Positions 20,860-29,942 are shown, counted from the stretch's first letter. The stretch: DNA of 64,000 bases from Clostridia bacterium (GCA_045650705.1 JAZRRK010000055.1:13842-77841), one strand, 5' to 3'. Numbers and translations are program-made. Notes: generated by a model from the sequence alone, not told the origin.

Positions 20860-21630
20860 ATGTTTTATGTTTTTAATAAAGATAAATTAGTTTCATTTGC
20901 AGTAGCAGCCTGCACAGTACTAGCGCTATTTATGATGACATCATTATTTGCCAAAACTCCAGAAAATACATTGCAAACAGCAGCAACAAGTAAACAACTT
21001 CCAATATATAATGTAAACACTGATGAACCAAAAATATCATTAACCATAAATTGTGCTTGGAATGATGACGATATAGATAAAATACTAGAAACTTTAGAAG
21101 AACATCAAGTAAAAGTTACTTTTTTTATGGTAGGAGATTGGATTGAAAAATATAGTGATTCTGTAAGGAAAATACATAAAGCAGGACATGAAATAGCAAA
21201 CCATTCATATAATCATCCTCATGTAAATAACTTAAGTTATGATAAAAATTCAGAACAGGTACAAAAATGTTCAGAATTGATAGAACAAATTACAGGTAAG
21301 CCAAGTACTTTATATAGAGGTCCATATGGAGAATATAACGATACAGTTATGCAGTCTGCAAAAGACAATAATCATATGGTTATTCAATGGTCTATTGATA
21401 CATTAGATTATAAAGCTCTAACTGGAGAACAAATGTGGGAGAGAATACAATCAAAATTAGAAAATGGAGCAATAATATTAATGCATAATGGGACAGAAAA
21501 TACTGCAAATAGTTTAGATATGATAATTACTAATATAAAAGATAAAGGATACACTATTGTAAGCGTTTCGGAATTAATATATAAAGAAAATTACACAATT
21601 GATAATAATGGAATACAACATAAAAATTAA
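20860..21630 (+). CDS. Polysaccharide deacetylase (NodB domain), PdaB-like
   Basis: N-terminal TM, TFFMVGDW and HEIANHSYNHP motifs. Confidence 0.8.
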   Translation: MFYVFNKDKLVSFAVAACTVLALFMMTSLFAKTPENTLQTAATSKQLPIYNVNTDEPKISLTINCAWNDDDIDKILETLEEHQVKVTFFMVGDWIEKYSDSVRKIHKAGHEIANHSYNHPHVNNLSYDKNSEQVQKCSELIEQITGKPSTLYRGPYGEYNDTVMQSAKDNNHMVIQWSIDTLDYKALTGEQMWERIQSKLENGAIILMHNGTENTANSLDMIITNIKDKGYTIVSVSELIYKENYTIDNNGIQHKN

Positions 21631-21632
21631 AC

Positions 21633-21659
21633 AAAACGAAGGTAATGCCTTCGTTTTTA
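21633..21659. terminator. Bidirectional terminator
   Basis: AACGAAGG-TAAT-(G)CCTTCGTT plus T-run. Confidence 0.75.
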
Positions 21660-21664
21660 TAATA

Positions 21665-21874
21665 TTATTCCTTATCAGGTATGTATTCTAAAAGTTCAGA
21701 AATTTCACAATTAAATGCTTTACAAATATTATCAAGTTGTTTAACATCAATTCTTCTTATTTCTTCATAGTACATCTTAGATATAGTTGCAGGTCTTATG
21801 TGAGTAACGTCTGCTAAAGCTTTTTGAGTCATTTTGTGTTCTCCTAGCAAATTTGAAAGTTTAATTTTAATCAT
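21665..21874 (-). CDS. Small XRE/Cro-type HTH regulator
   Basis: Start MIKIKLSNLLGEHKMTQKALADVTHIRPATISKMY with GGAAGGGG SD; 69 aa. Confidence 0.75.
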   Translation of the reverse strand: MIKIKLSNLLGEHKMTQKALADVTHIRPATISKMYYEEIRRIDVKQLDNICKAFNCEISELLEYIPDKE

Positions 21875-22032
21875 AAGTAAACCCCTTCCTAACTGAATTA
21901 TAAAGTATTTTATCATTTATTGTAGAAAAATAACACAAAAAGATTACAATATAACGATAAACGTAATAAAAAGTTGCCTAACAGTAAAAATGGTGTTATA
22001 ATATACATAATATTACAATATGAGGTATAAAG

Positions 22033-22269
22033 ATGATTAAAATGAAACATAATAAGTGTATGAATATTAATAAAGAATGGAAAAAAGAATGCAACGAATA
22101 TTTAAAAGAATTACAAAAATTTCTAGATAAAGCAGAAAATATTGAAGATAAAGAATTAAAAAGAGATATAATTATTCAAATGCTAAAATGTGATGAAGTA
22201 TTAACAAAGATTGCAGAAAAAGAATTTGAAAAATATTATGAGCAGGGGAAAAAATGTCAAAACAAATAA
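22033..22269 (+). CDS. Small hypothetical protein
   Basis: 78 aa, Lys/Glu-rich, GAGGT SD; 16-nt overlap with the next gene; divergent from the XRE gene. Confidence 0.4.
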   Translation: MIKMKHNKCMNINKEWKKECNEYLKELQKFLDKAENIEDKELKRDIIIQMLKCDEVLTKIAEKEFEKYYEQGKKCQNK

Positions 22270-22601
22270 TAATTGGACTGAGTGCTGGTGTAGTAAGTGG
22301 TCTATTCGCATCCGGTGGAGGAATGATAGTAGTTCCAGCATTAATTCATATATTAAAATTAGAAGATGCAAAAGCAAGGGCAACTTCAGTATTTGCCATA
22401 TTGCCAATGGTTGTAACAAGTGGACTTTTTTATTATAAAAATAATTATATTAATTGGGATATCGCCATAAAATGTGCAATAGGAGGCATTGTAGGTGGAA
22501 TTATTGGAGCGAAACTTTTGAAAAAGTTTTCCGGAAAGACTTTAAGAATAATGTTTGTAATATTTTTAGCATACACTTCTATAAAAATGATTATGAGTTG
22601 A
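22254..22601 (+). CDS. Half-size TauE/SafE (TSUP) family membrane protein, first of a pair
   Basis: 115 aa, about 4 TM, GVVSGLFASGGGMIVVP motif. Confidence 0.65.
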   Translation: MSKQIIIGLSAGVVSGLFASGGGMIVVPALIHILKLEDAKARATSVFAILPMVVTSGLFYYKNNYINWDIAIKCAIGGIVGGIIGAKLLKKFSGKTLRIMFVIFLAYTSIKMIMS

Positions 22602-22612
22602 AAGGAAAAAAT

Positions 22613-23005
22613 ATGTGGGAATTAATAACAGGTTTAATTTCTGGAATAGTTAGTGGTACTGGAATGGGAGGAGGAACAATATTAATACTTGTTCTTTCTA
22701 TTTTTTTGGGTGTAGATCAGCATATAGCTCAAGCTACAAATTTAGTTTTTTTTGTTCCAACATCTATTTCAGCAATAATAGTTTCTATAAAAAACAAATT
22801 AATAGAATGGAGAGTAGGGACAACCATAGCCATAAGTGGTATAATAGGAGCAGTAATAGGAGCAAATGTATCTTCTAAAATACCAGTAAATGAATTGAAA
22901 AGATATTTTGGAATTTTTTTAGCAATTATAACAGTATATGAAATATATTCAATTATAAAAGAGTATAAAATAACTAAAAATAGAAATAATAAAGAAAAAG
23001 GCTAA
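22613..23005 (+). CDS. Half-size TauE/SafE (TSUP) family membrane protein, second of a pair
   Basis: Start MWELITGLISGIVSGTGMGGGTILI with GAAAGGA SD; about 4 TM. Confidence 0.65.
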   Translation: MWELITGLISGIVSGTGMGGGTILILVLSIFLGVDQHIAQATNLVFFVPTSISAIIVSIKNKLIEWRVGTTIAISGIIGAVIGANVSSKIPVNELKRYFGIFLAIITVYEIYSIIKEYKITKNRNNKEKG

Positions 23006-23052
23006 ATAGTAGAATAAAGTCAAAAAATAAAAAAGGAGCCTTACAGAAAGGA

Positions 23053-23199
23053 ATGAAAAAAATGAGATTTGTAAAAGGGATAGTATTAGGGTCAGCTCTT
23101 ACAGCGGCAGCATATATGATGTGTACAGAAGGAATGATAAATAAAAGGAAAATAAAGAAACAAGCTAGAAAGATTGCATATAAAATGGGAATGAACTAA
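23053..23199 (+). CDS. Small membrane protein ORF, absent from the ORF track
   Basis: MKKMRFVKGIVLGSALTAAAYMM...; SD-like AAGGA; alternative start at 23062. Confidence 0.35.
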   Translation: MKKMRFVKGIVLGSALTAAAYMMCTEGMINKRKIKKQARKIAYKMGMN

Positions 23200-23211
23200 T
23201 AAAAAACAAAA

Positions 23212-23271
23212 AGAGTTAATTGGGAGGGAGAATTTTGACATATGTCAAAATTCTCCCTCCCAATTAACTCT
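23212..23271. terminator. Perfect 60-bp palindrome (30-bp arms, no loop) between convergent genes
   Basis: AGAGTTAATTGGGAGGGAGAATTTTGACAT / ATGTCAAAATTCTCCCTCCCAATTAACTCT. Confidence 0.7.
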
Positions 23272-24124
23272 AAAATTCTATAAATTTATATATTGCTTCT
23301 GCAAATCCGCCTTTTTCAACAGGATTAATTGTGGTATATTGAGCTACTTGTTTTAATTCATCATAAGCATTTGACACTGCTATACCTACACCAGCATTTT
23401 TAATCATATCTAAATCATTTAAATTGTCTCCAATTGTAAGCATTTCTTCAGGTTTTACATTAATGTAATCCCCAAGGATTTTCAAAGCAGTGCTTTTATT
23501 TACACCTTTTGGAGTAATATCCAAATATTCATACTCTTTATTAATTATTAAATCTTTATATTGACCAAGTTTTTTTATAGTAGTAACAGAAATATCTAAT
23601 TTATCTAAAATGGTATTTTTAACGACATCTGTTGAATTAATACTAGATATTACCAATTTACACACTTCAGAATTACTATTTAATATATATTTTTTTATAT
23701 CATCTACTATTTTAAATTTCATATAATTTTCGGATTTTGTAGATGTTTGTAATTTATAATTTCTTAAATCTAAATAAAGTAATTCTTCAGAGATAACTTC
23801 ACTATCTGTATAAACATGAACATGAAGATTATACTCTTTAGCAATGTCTATACACATTAATACATCAGAATTAGATAGTAGTTTTTTATATATTTCTTTG
23901 CCGGTTTTTAAATCTATAATTTGATTTCCATTACCAAAAATTCCATAAGAAGCATTTATTCTAGTGCAAACATCTTTAGTAATAGGATATGCCTTACCTG
24001 TGCAAATAACAAAATCCATATTATTTTTGGTTAAATCTTCTATTGCTTTAAAGTTATTTTCATAAATAAAATTATTCTTATCAATAATAGTACCATCTAA
24101 ATCACTAGCTACTAATTTAATCAT
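23270..24124 (-). CDS. Cof-type HAD-IIB phosphatase
   Basis: Start MIKLVASDLDGTII (DxDGT) with GGAGGAAA SD; C-terminal GDNLNDLDM motif. Confidence 0.85.
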   Translation of the reverse strand: MIKLVASDLDGTIIDKNNFIYENNFKAIEDLTKNNMDFVICTGKAYPITKDVCTRINASYGIFGNGNQIIDLKTGKEIYKKLLSNSDVLMCIDIAKEYNLHVHVYTDSEVISEELLYLDLRNYKLQTSTKSENYMKFKIVDDIKKYILNSNSEVCKLVISSINSTDVVKNTILDKLDISVTTIKKLGQYKDLIINKEYEYLDITPKGVNKSTALKILGDYINVKPEEMLTIGDNLNDLDMIKNAGVGIAVSNAYDELKQVAQYTTINPVEKGGFAEAIYKFIEF

Positions 24125-24302
24125 GATAATTTCCTCCAATATATTAATTATAGCACATATGACAATAAAAGTAAAATTACGCAAAATATTACAATAATAT
24201 TACAAATATATTTCATTTAAAAAACATTTATGAAAACCTATTGACTTTTTAAATAAAATTATATATTATACTTGTATATTTATGTAGGAGGGATATAAAA
24301 AA

Positions 24303-24773
24303 ATGGCAGTTGCAATTATGAATAAAGTATTAGATGCTTTAGGCTTATTAAGTAATGAAAAAGAACAAGACTTAGAAAATGAGGATATATATGAATTTGA
24401 AGAAGAAGAAAAAGTTGAAGAAGATGTAGAGGAAAGAGGACTATTTGGAACAAGAAAAAACAAAATAGTTAATATGCCACAAGTACAATCTGTAAAAATG
24501 GTTATAACACAACCAACATCTTTTGAACAATCTGAAGAAATATGCAATTATCTAAAAGACAGAAAATCTATAATAGTGAATTTAGAATATGTAAATAAAG
24601 ATGTTGCAAGAAGAATAATAGATTTTTTAAGTGGAGCGGTACATGCTTTAAATGGACATATACAAAAAGTATCAAATTCTATATTTTTAATTGCACCAGT
24701 AAATTATGATATAGAGAGTGATTTAGCAAGAGAAGAGTTAAAAAATAAATTGTCAGTATCTTGGTTAAAATAG
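24303..24773 (+). CDS. sepF: Cell division protein SepF
   Basis: Acidic linker then conserved C-domain (VITQPTSFEQSEEICNYLKDRKSIIVNL). Confidence 0.85.
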   Translation: MAVAIMNKVLDALGLLSNEKEQDLENEDIYEFEEEEKVEEDVEERGLFGTRKNKIVNMPQVQSVKMVITQPTSFEQSEEICNYLKDRKSIIVNLEYVNKDVARRIIDFLSGAVHALNGHIQKVSNSIFLIAPVNYDIESDLAREELKNKLSVSWLK

Positions 24774-24785
24774 GAGGGCAAAAAT

Positions 24786-25238
24786 ATGATAACACCTTTA
24801 GATATAGAAAATAAAAAATTCTCAAGACAGATGGTAAATGGATATAATGTAGATGAAGTAGATGAGTTTTTAGACGAAATAACAGCAGACTATGAAAAAC
24901 TATATAAAGAAAATAAAGAATTAAAAGAAAATACAGAAGAATTACATAATGATGTGGGACAATATAAAAACATAGAATCAACACTTCAAAACACACTTGT
25001 TATCGCACAAAAAACAGCAGATGAAGTGCAAAATGTTGCAAAACAACAAGCAGAACAAATAATAAAAGATGCAGAATATCAATCAAGAGTCAAGATGGAT
25101 GAATTAAACACTCAAATTATGATAAAAGAAAAAGAAATAGAAGAATTAAAAAAACAATTTAGTGTTTATAAAGCAAAAATGGAATCATTATTAATATCAC
25201 AACTTGAATTAATAAAAGATATGGATGAAGAGGTATAA
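24786..25238 (+). CDS. divIVA: Septum-site determining protein DivIVA
   Basis: N-terminus MITPLDIENKKFSRQMVNGYNVDEVDEFLD plus coiled coil. Confidence 0.9.
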   Translation: MITPLDIENKKFSRQMVNGYNVDEVDEFLDEITADYEKLYKENKELKENTEELHNDVGQYKNIESTLQNTLVIAQKTADEVQNVAKQQAEQIIKDAEYQSRVKMDELNTQIMIKEKEIEELKKQFSVYKAKMESLLISQLELIKDMDEEV

Positions 25239-25250
25239 TAATATTAAGAG

Positions 25251-25277
25251 TATGCAGGTATAACCTGCATATTTTTT
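25251..25277 (+). terminator. Rho-independent terminator
   Basis: ATGCAGGT / ACCTGCAT plus T-run. Confidence 0.75.
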
Positions 25278-25311
25278 ATGCCTTAAAATATATTTTAATA
25301 TATGTAATCTA

Positions 25312-25338
25312 TGTAGGGGAGACCATTGACCGTCCATG
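25312..25338 (+). repeat. Hairpin repeat family A, degenerate copy
   Basis: TGTAGGGGAGACCATTGACCGTCCATG versus consensus TGTAGGGGCGACCATTGGTCGTCCG. Confidence 0.6.
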
Positions 25339-25402
25339 TTTGAAGAAAATGCTAAATATTTAGTGGTAGATCTTGACTAATCTACAAAAGGAGGAAACAA
25401 TA

Positions 25403-26030
25403 ATGCAAATTAGGAAAATAATCTTTTTTATAATTATCATAATACTTATTTCATTGCTCACATTTTTTATAAAAAATAATTATAATTCTTCAAAAAAAGG
25501 AAATAATATAAGTAACAAATCAGCTGATGAAATTGAAGAATATATTTTAAATATAGATTCATATTATGCAATAGCACAGGTTACAGTACAGAGCAATAAA
25601 AGTAGTAATACTTATAAATTAAAACAAGAATATATAAAAAATCAAAACATGTATATGCAAGAAGTAATTGAACCAGAATATATTGCAGGAGTTAAATTTA
25701 TATATAATGAAGGAATACTAAAAATAGAAAATACAAATTTGAGTTTAAGCAAATTATATGAAGAATACAAATATATAGAAAGTAACGTACTTAGTTTAAA
25801 TTCATTTATTGAAGATTATGCGAATAGTGAAGAAAAAAAGTGCTATGAAGAAAATCGGAAAAATAATATTTGAAGTTACAAAGAGAAAAAATAATAAATA
25901 TGATATTAGCAAAAAAATGTATATAGATAAGGAACAAGGAAAAATAGAAAAAATTGAAATAAAAGATGGGACACAGAAGGATAAAATTTACATATTATAT
26001 AATGAGATAAAAATAAATACACTAAAATAA
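25403..26030 (+). CDS. YdcC/LolA-like sporulation lipoprotein-fold protein; frame broken at CGG_A 25856-25859
   Basis: ATG 25403 with AAGGAGG SD and N-terminal TM. ...SEEKKCYEEN, then skipping C25856, GKIIFEVTKRKNNKYDISKKMYIDKEQGKIEKIEIKDG joins ORF 25809-26030. Confidence 0.65.
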
Positions 26031-26121
26031 TAAAATAAAGATGAACTAATGAAGAATTAGAATCTCTATTACCTATATTTAAGATATAAAACAATATTTA
26101 ATATAGCAGGAGTGAAGAAAA

Positions 26122-26472
26122 ATGGTAATAAAAAGAGGAGATATGTTTTATGCAGATTTGAGTCCAGTAGTTGGCTCAGAACAAGGAGGTATAAGACCAG
26201 TTTTAGTAATACAAAACAATACTGGAAATAAATATAGCCCGACAGTTATAGTTTCAGCAATAACATCACAACAAAACAAAAACAAATTGCCAACGCATAT
26301 AGAACTTTCATCAGAAGAATTTGGATTAAAATCCGATTCTATAATATTGGCAGAACAAATAAGAACAATAGATAAAAGCAGACTAAAAGAAAAAATAGGG
26401 CACATAGATAATGATACTATAATGTCTCAAATAAATAATGCGTTAGGAGTAAGCTTTGGATTAGGTGAATAA
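26122..26472 (+). CDS. mazF: MazF/PemK (EndoA-type) endoribonuclease toxin
   Basis: [44 protein letters not shown] is highly EndoA-like. Confidence 0.9.
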   Translation: MVIKRGDMFYADLSPVVGSEQGGIRPVLVIQNNTGNKYSPTVIVSAITSQQNKNKLPTHIELSSEEFGLKSDSIILAEQIRTIDKSRLKEKIGHIDNDTIMSQINNALGVSFGLGE

Positions 26473-26475
26473 ATT

Positions 26476-26505
26476 AAAATACCAGATTATATCTGGTATT
26501 TTAAT
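26476..26505 (+). terminator. Rho-independent terminator
   Basis: ATACCAGAT / ATCTGGTAT plus T-run. Confidence 0.75.
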
Positions 26506-26594
26506 TTTGTATAAGAGCTCAATTGACAAGATTCGACTTTTGCAGTATTATTATATGTAGTATATATACTATAAAATAAGAAGGAGAATTAAAA

Positions 26595-27074
26595 ATGTGG
26601 AAAGAATTTAAAGAATTTGCATTAAAAGGAAATATAATGGATTTAGCAGTCGGTGTTATTATAGGTGGTGCGTTTCAAAGTATAGTAAAATCATTAGTAG
26701 ATGATATAATAATGCCAACAATTGCAATATTTATTGGACAAGTAGATTATACAGAATTAGCTATAACAATAGGAGAAAGCTCTATAAAGTATGGCTCATT
26801 TATAACAGCAGTTATCAATTTCTTAATAATAGCTATGTCTATATTTTTAATGATAAAATACATAAATAAATTAAATAAAAAAATTGAGCATATGAAAGAA
26901 GAAGAATTAAAAAAACTAGAGAAAAAAGGAAAATTCAGAAGAAGAAAAACAGATATAGTTCCAGAACCAGTAGCAGAATCTACAACAAAAGTGTGTCCAT
27001 ATTGCTATACGGAAATAAACATAAAAGCAACAAAATGTCCACACTGTATATCAGAATTAGAAGAAAAACAATAA
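26595..27074 (+). CDS. mscL: Large-conductance mechanosensitive channel MscL with C-terminal zinc-ribbon tail
   Basis: MscL core ([17 protein letters not shown]...MPTI); tail with CPYC...CPHC. Confidence 0.85.
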   Translation: MWKEFKEFALKGNIMDLAVGVIIGGAFQSIVKSLVDDIIMPTIAIFIGQVDYTELAITIGESSIKYGSFITAVINFLIIAMSIFLMIKYINKLNKKIEHMKEEELKKLEKKGKFRRRKTDIVPEPVAESTTKVCPYCYTEINIKATKCPHCISELEEKQ

Positions 27075-27148
27075 TCAACAAAAAACACTAAAATTTTCAC
27101 TAAAAGCTGTAATCCGTAAGAAAAAAATGAAAAAATTTACAAAAATGC

Positions 27149-27178
27149 TTGACAAAGATAATCTACACGCAGTATAAT
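27149..27178 (+). promoter_or_regulatory. Sigma-A-type promoter of the S10 operon
   Basis: TTGACA 27149-27154, 18-nt spacer, TATAAT 27173-27178; CTACACGC / GCGTGTAG inverted repeat brackets the -10. Confidence 0.6.
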
Positions 27179-27184
27179 AGATAT

Positions 27185-27444
27185 TGCGTGTAGATTTGCG
27201 TTGAAGCGAAATGTGGCTACATCTTTATGGTGGAGGGAACTTTCGTGGAGTATGTCTTGGCTAAGACCTAGGCGGATAAGTTAGAAAATTAGCACTTGTC
27301 CATGTCTTTTGACTTGGATAAAAAAATGGATTCAAATGAAACACCAGGGTGCGTTAATAACTTTCCTAAGGTAATTAAAACGTACATATTTAAAGATGCC
27401 AAAAGTATGTATGGTAAAAAATATTTTAAGGAGGGAATTTAACA
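27185..27444 (+). promoter_or_regulatory. Long GC-enriched 5' leader of the S10 operon
   Basis: About 260 nt between promoter and rpsJ start, with several local hairpins (e.g. GTCTT-GGCT-AAGAC); no ORF. Confidence 0.45.
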
Positions 27445-27882
27445 ATGGCAAATTCGACAGAAGTTGAAAACAAAGAAAAAGTTCAAAAAGGAACTAAAAA
27501 ACCAGTAGCTAAAACAGCTAAAAAACCAGCTGCAAAAACAGAAAAAGCTACAAAACAAACAAAAAGGGTAATGGCTACAAGTGAAAAAATAAGAATAAGA
27601 TTAAAAGCTTATGATCATGTTCTTATAGATCAGTCTGCTGAAAAGATAGTAGATACTGCTAAAAGAACAGGAGCTAAAGTTTCAGGTCCTATTCCATTAC
27701 CAACAAAAAAGGAAATAGTAACAATAATTCGTTCACCACACAAACACAAAGATTCAAGAGAACAATTTGAAATGAGAACACATAAAAGAGTTATTGATAT
27801 ATTATATCCAACACAAACAACAGTTGATAGTCTAATGAAATTAGAATTACCAGCAGGTGTTGAAATAGAAATAAAACTTTAA
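27445..27882 (+). CDS. rpsJ: 30S ribosomal protein S10 with a Lys/Ala-rich N-terminal extension of about 42 aa
   Basis: AAGGAGGG SD before ATG 27445; canonical S10 begins at [16 protein letters not shown] (27571), which has only a weak SD. Confidence 0.85.
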   Translation: MANSTEVENKEKVQKGTKKPVAKTAKKPAAKTEKATKQTKRVMATSEKIRIRLKAYDHVLIDQSAEKIVDTAKRTGAKVSGPIPLPTKKEIVTIIRSPHKHKDSREQFEMRTHKRVIDILYPTQTTVDSLMKLELPAGVEIEIKL

Positions 27883-27971
27883 TTTTAAAGACGGTTAAAA
27901 ATTAACCATGCTGATTGATAAAAACAAAGTGTTTTTAAATTAGCCAATAGTTATTAGGAGGATAAAGAGAT

Positions 27972-28604
27972 ATGAAAAAAGCAATATTAGGTAGAAAAGT
28001 AGGAATGACACAAATTTTTGATGAAAATGGAAAAGTTATTCCAGTTACAGTAGTTGAAGCAGGTCCTTGTACAGTAGTTCAAGTTAAAACTAAAGATAGT
28101 GACGGATATGAAGCTGTACAATTAGGTTTTGGAGAAGTTAAAGAAAAGAAATTAATTAAACCTACAAAAGGACATTTTGCAAAAGCAAGTGTAACTCCAA
28201 AAAAATATTTAAGAGAATTTAGATTAGAAGAAGTATCTTATAATGTAGGAGATGAAATAAAAGCTGATATATTTACAGCAGGAGAAACAGTTGATGTTAC
28301 AGGAACAACTAAAGGAAAAGGTTTTCAAGGTGTTATTAAACGTCATGGACAATCAAGAGGACCTATGGGTCATGGTTCTATGTATCATAGAAGACCAGGT
28401 TCAATGGGATCTACATCAACACCAGGTAGAGTTTTCAAAGGAAAGAACTTACCAGGACATATGGGAGTAGAAACAGTTACAATTGAAAACTTAGAAATAG
28501 TAAAAGTTGATTTAGATAAAAATGTATTATTAATAAAAGGTAGTGTTCCAGGAAACAAAGGCGCTATTCTAAAAATAAGAAACTCAGTAAAGAGTGCAAA
28601 ATAG
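27972..28604 (+). CDS. rplC: 50S ribosomal protein L3
   Basis: Conserved L3 sequence, AGGAGG SD, operon order. Confidence 0.95.
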   Translation: MKKAILGRKVGMTQIFDENGKVIPVTVVEAGPCTVVQVKTKDSDGYEAVQLGFGEVKEKKLIKPTKGHFAKASVTPKKYLREFRLEEVSYNVGDEIKADIFTAGETVDVTGTTKGKGFQGVIKRHGQSRGPMGHGSMYHRRPGSMGSTSTPGRVFKGKNLPGHMGVETVTIENLEIVKVDLDKNVLLIKGSVPGNKGAILKIRNSVKSAK

Positions 28605-28625
28605 TAAGAGAGGAGAGAATATAAA

Positions 28626-29249
28626 ATGCCTAAAATAGATGTATACAATGTAGAAGGAAAAAAAGTAAGTGATATCGAATTAAATGACAACATATTTGGA
28701 ATTAAACCAAATGAAAAGATAGTTCACATTGCTTTAGTTAATTATTTGGCAAATCAAAGACAAGGTACAGCTAGCACAAAGACAAGAGCTGAAGTTGCTG
28801 GTGGTGGAAGAAAACCTTGGAAACAAAAAGGTACAGGTAGAGCAAGACAAGGAAGTATAAGAGCACCACAATGGATTAAAGGTGGTATTGCATTAGGACC
28901 TAAACCACGTGATTACAGTTATAAAATTAATAAAAAAGAAAGACAATTAGCAATAAGATCAGTATTAAGCTCAAAAGTATTAGAAAACAACTTAGTAGTT
29001 GTAGATAAATTAGAATTAAAAGAAATCAAAACAAAAAATATGGTAAAAGCATTAGAAAACTTAAAAGTAGAAGGAAAAACTCTAATAGTATTACCAGAAA
29101 AAAATGAAACTGTACAAAAATCAGCTAGAAATATTGAAGGAGTTAAAACAAGTTTAACAAACACAATAAATGTTTACGACTTATTAAAATACAACAAATT
29201 AGTATTAACAGTTGATACAGTTAAGAAATTAGAGGAGGTGTATGCTTAA
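28626..29249 (+). CDS. rplD: 50S ribosomal protein L4
   Basis: Conserved L4 sequence (GGGRKPWKQKGTGRARQGS). Confidence 0.95.
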   Translation: MPKIDVYNVEGKKVSDIELNDNIFGIKPNEKIVHIALVNYLANQRQGTASTKTRAEVAGGGRKPWKQKGTGRARQGSIRAPQWIKGGIALGPKPRDYSYKINKKERQLAIRSVLSSKVLENNLVVVDKLELKEIKTKNMVKALENLKVEGKTLIVLPEKNETVQKSARNIEGVKTSLTNTINVYDLLKYNKLVLTVDTVKKLEEVYA

Positions 29250-29597
29250 ATGAAACCAGAAGAAATAATAGTAAAACCTATAATAACAGAAAAGAGTAAT
29301 ATGGGTCTTGAAGAAGGAAAGTATACATTCCAAGTAGCAAAAAAAGCTACAAAAGTTGATATTGCAAATGCAGTAGAAGCTCTATTTAATGTTAAAGTAT
29401 TAGATGTAAATACAATGACAGTAAAAGGAAAAGAAAAAAGAATGGGAGCTCATTCTGGAAAAAGACCAGATTGGAAAAAAGCAATAGTAACAATCGATAC
29501 AAACCCAGCTGAAGAAAAATATTTATCTAAAGGTGGAAAAGAAGTTAAAGTTGATAAGAAATACAAAAATTCTATCGACGAATTTATGGGTGCTTAA
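29250..29597 (+). CDS. rplW: 50S ribosomal protein L23 (with a short C-terminal extension)
   Basis: Conserved L23 core; abuts the rplD stop. Confidence 0.9.
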   Translation: MKPEEIIVKPIITEKSNMGLEEGKYTFQVAKKATKVDIANAVEALFNVKVLDVNTMTVKGKEKRMGAHSGKRPDWKKAIVTIDTNPAEEKYLSKGGKEVKVDKKYKNSIDEFMGA

Positions 29598-29599
29598 TA

Positions 29600-29740
29600 A
29601 TGAAAGAAGAATCATTTAAAGAAGCGTTAAGAGATTTTGCTAAATATGGTGAAATATTAGAAAATCCAAAATTATCTAGTGAACAAAAATTAAAAGAACT
29701 TGATAAAATAAAACCTAAGAAAGAAAAAGATGAAAGATAG
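29600..29740 (+). CDS. Possible 46-codon ORF inside the rplW-rplB spacer
   Basis: ATG 2 nt after the rplW stop; MKEESFKEALRDFAKYGEILENPKLSSEQKLKELDKIKPKKEKDER; no SD. Confidence 0.2.
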   Translation: MKEESFKEALRDFAKYGEILENPKLSSEQKLKELDKIKPKKEKDER

Positions 29741-29837
29741 AAATTATCCAGAAAAAACTGGGATAAAAAATAAATATCCGGAAGTGGTCCGGGAAAACAA
29801 CCACAAATATAGAAAAATAAAGAAAGGAGAGGAGATT

Positions 29838-29942
29838 TCAAAAACGAGTATTGCTAGGAAAACGAATGAAAAATTTTGAGATAGTACGCTGTACATCGAA
29901 AAATTTTGAATGAAGTTTGACACCGCAAGACGAAGTTTTTCA
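29838..29942 (+). repeat. Repeat family C, copy 1 (about 105 nt)
   Basis: Aligns along its length with 39100-39205 (TCAAAAACGAGTATTGCTAGGAAAACGAATGAAAAATTTTGAG...GACACCGCAAGACGAAGTTTTTCA). Confidence 0.75.

Noticed and set aside
22211-22601. Overlapping alternative-frame ORFs 22211-22438 and 22454-22612, and the idea that the two TauE/SafE halves are one frameshifted gene
   Set aside because: Each half has its own SD and start, a clean stop, and about 4 TM helices. Half-size TSUP pairs are a known arrangement, and there is no CGG or other break motif at the junction.
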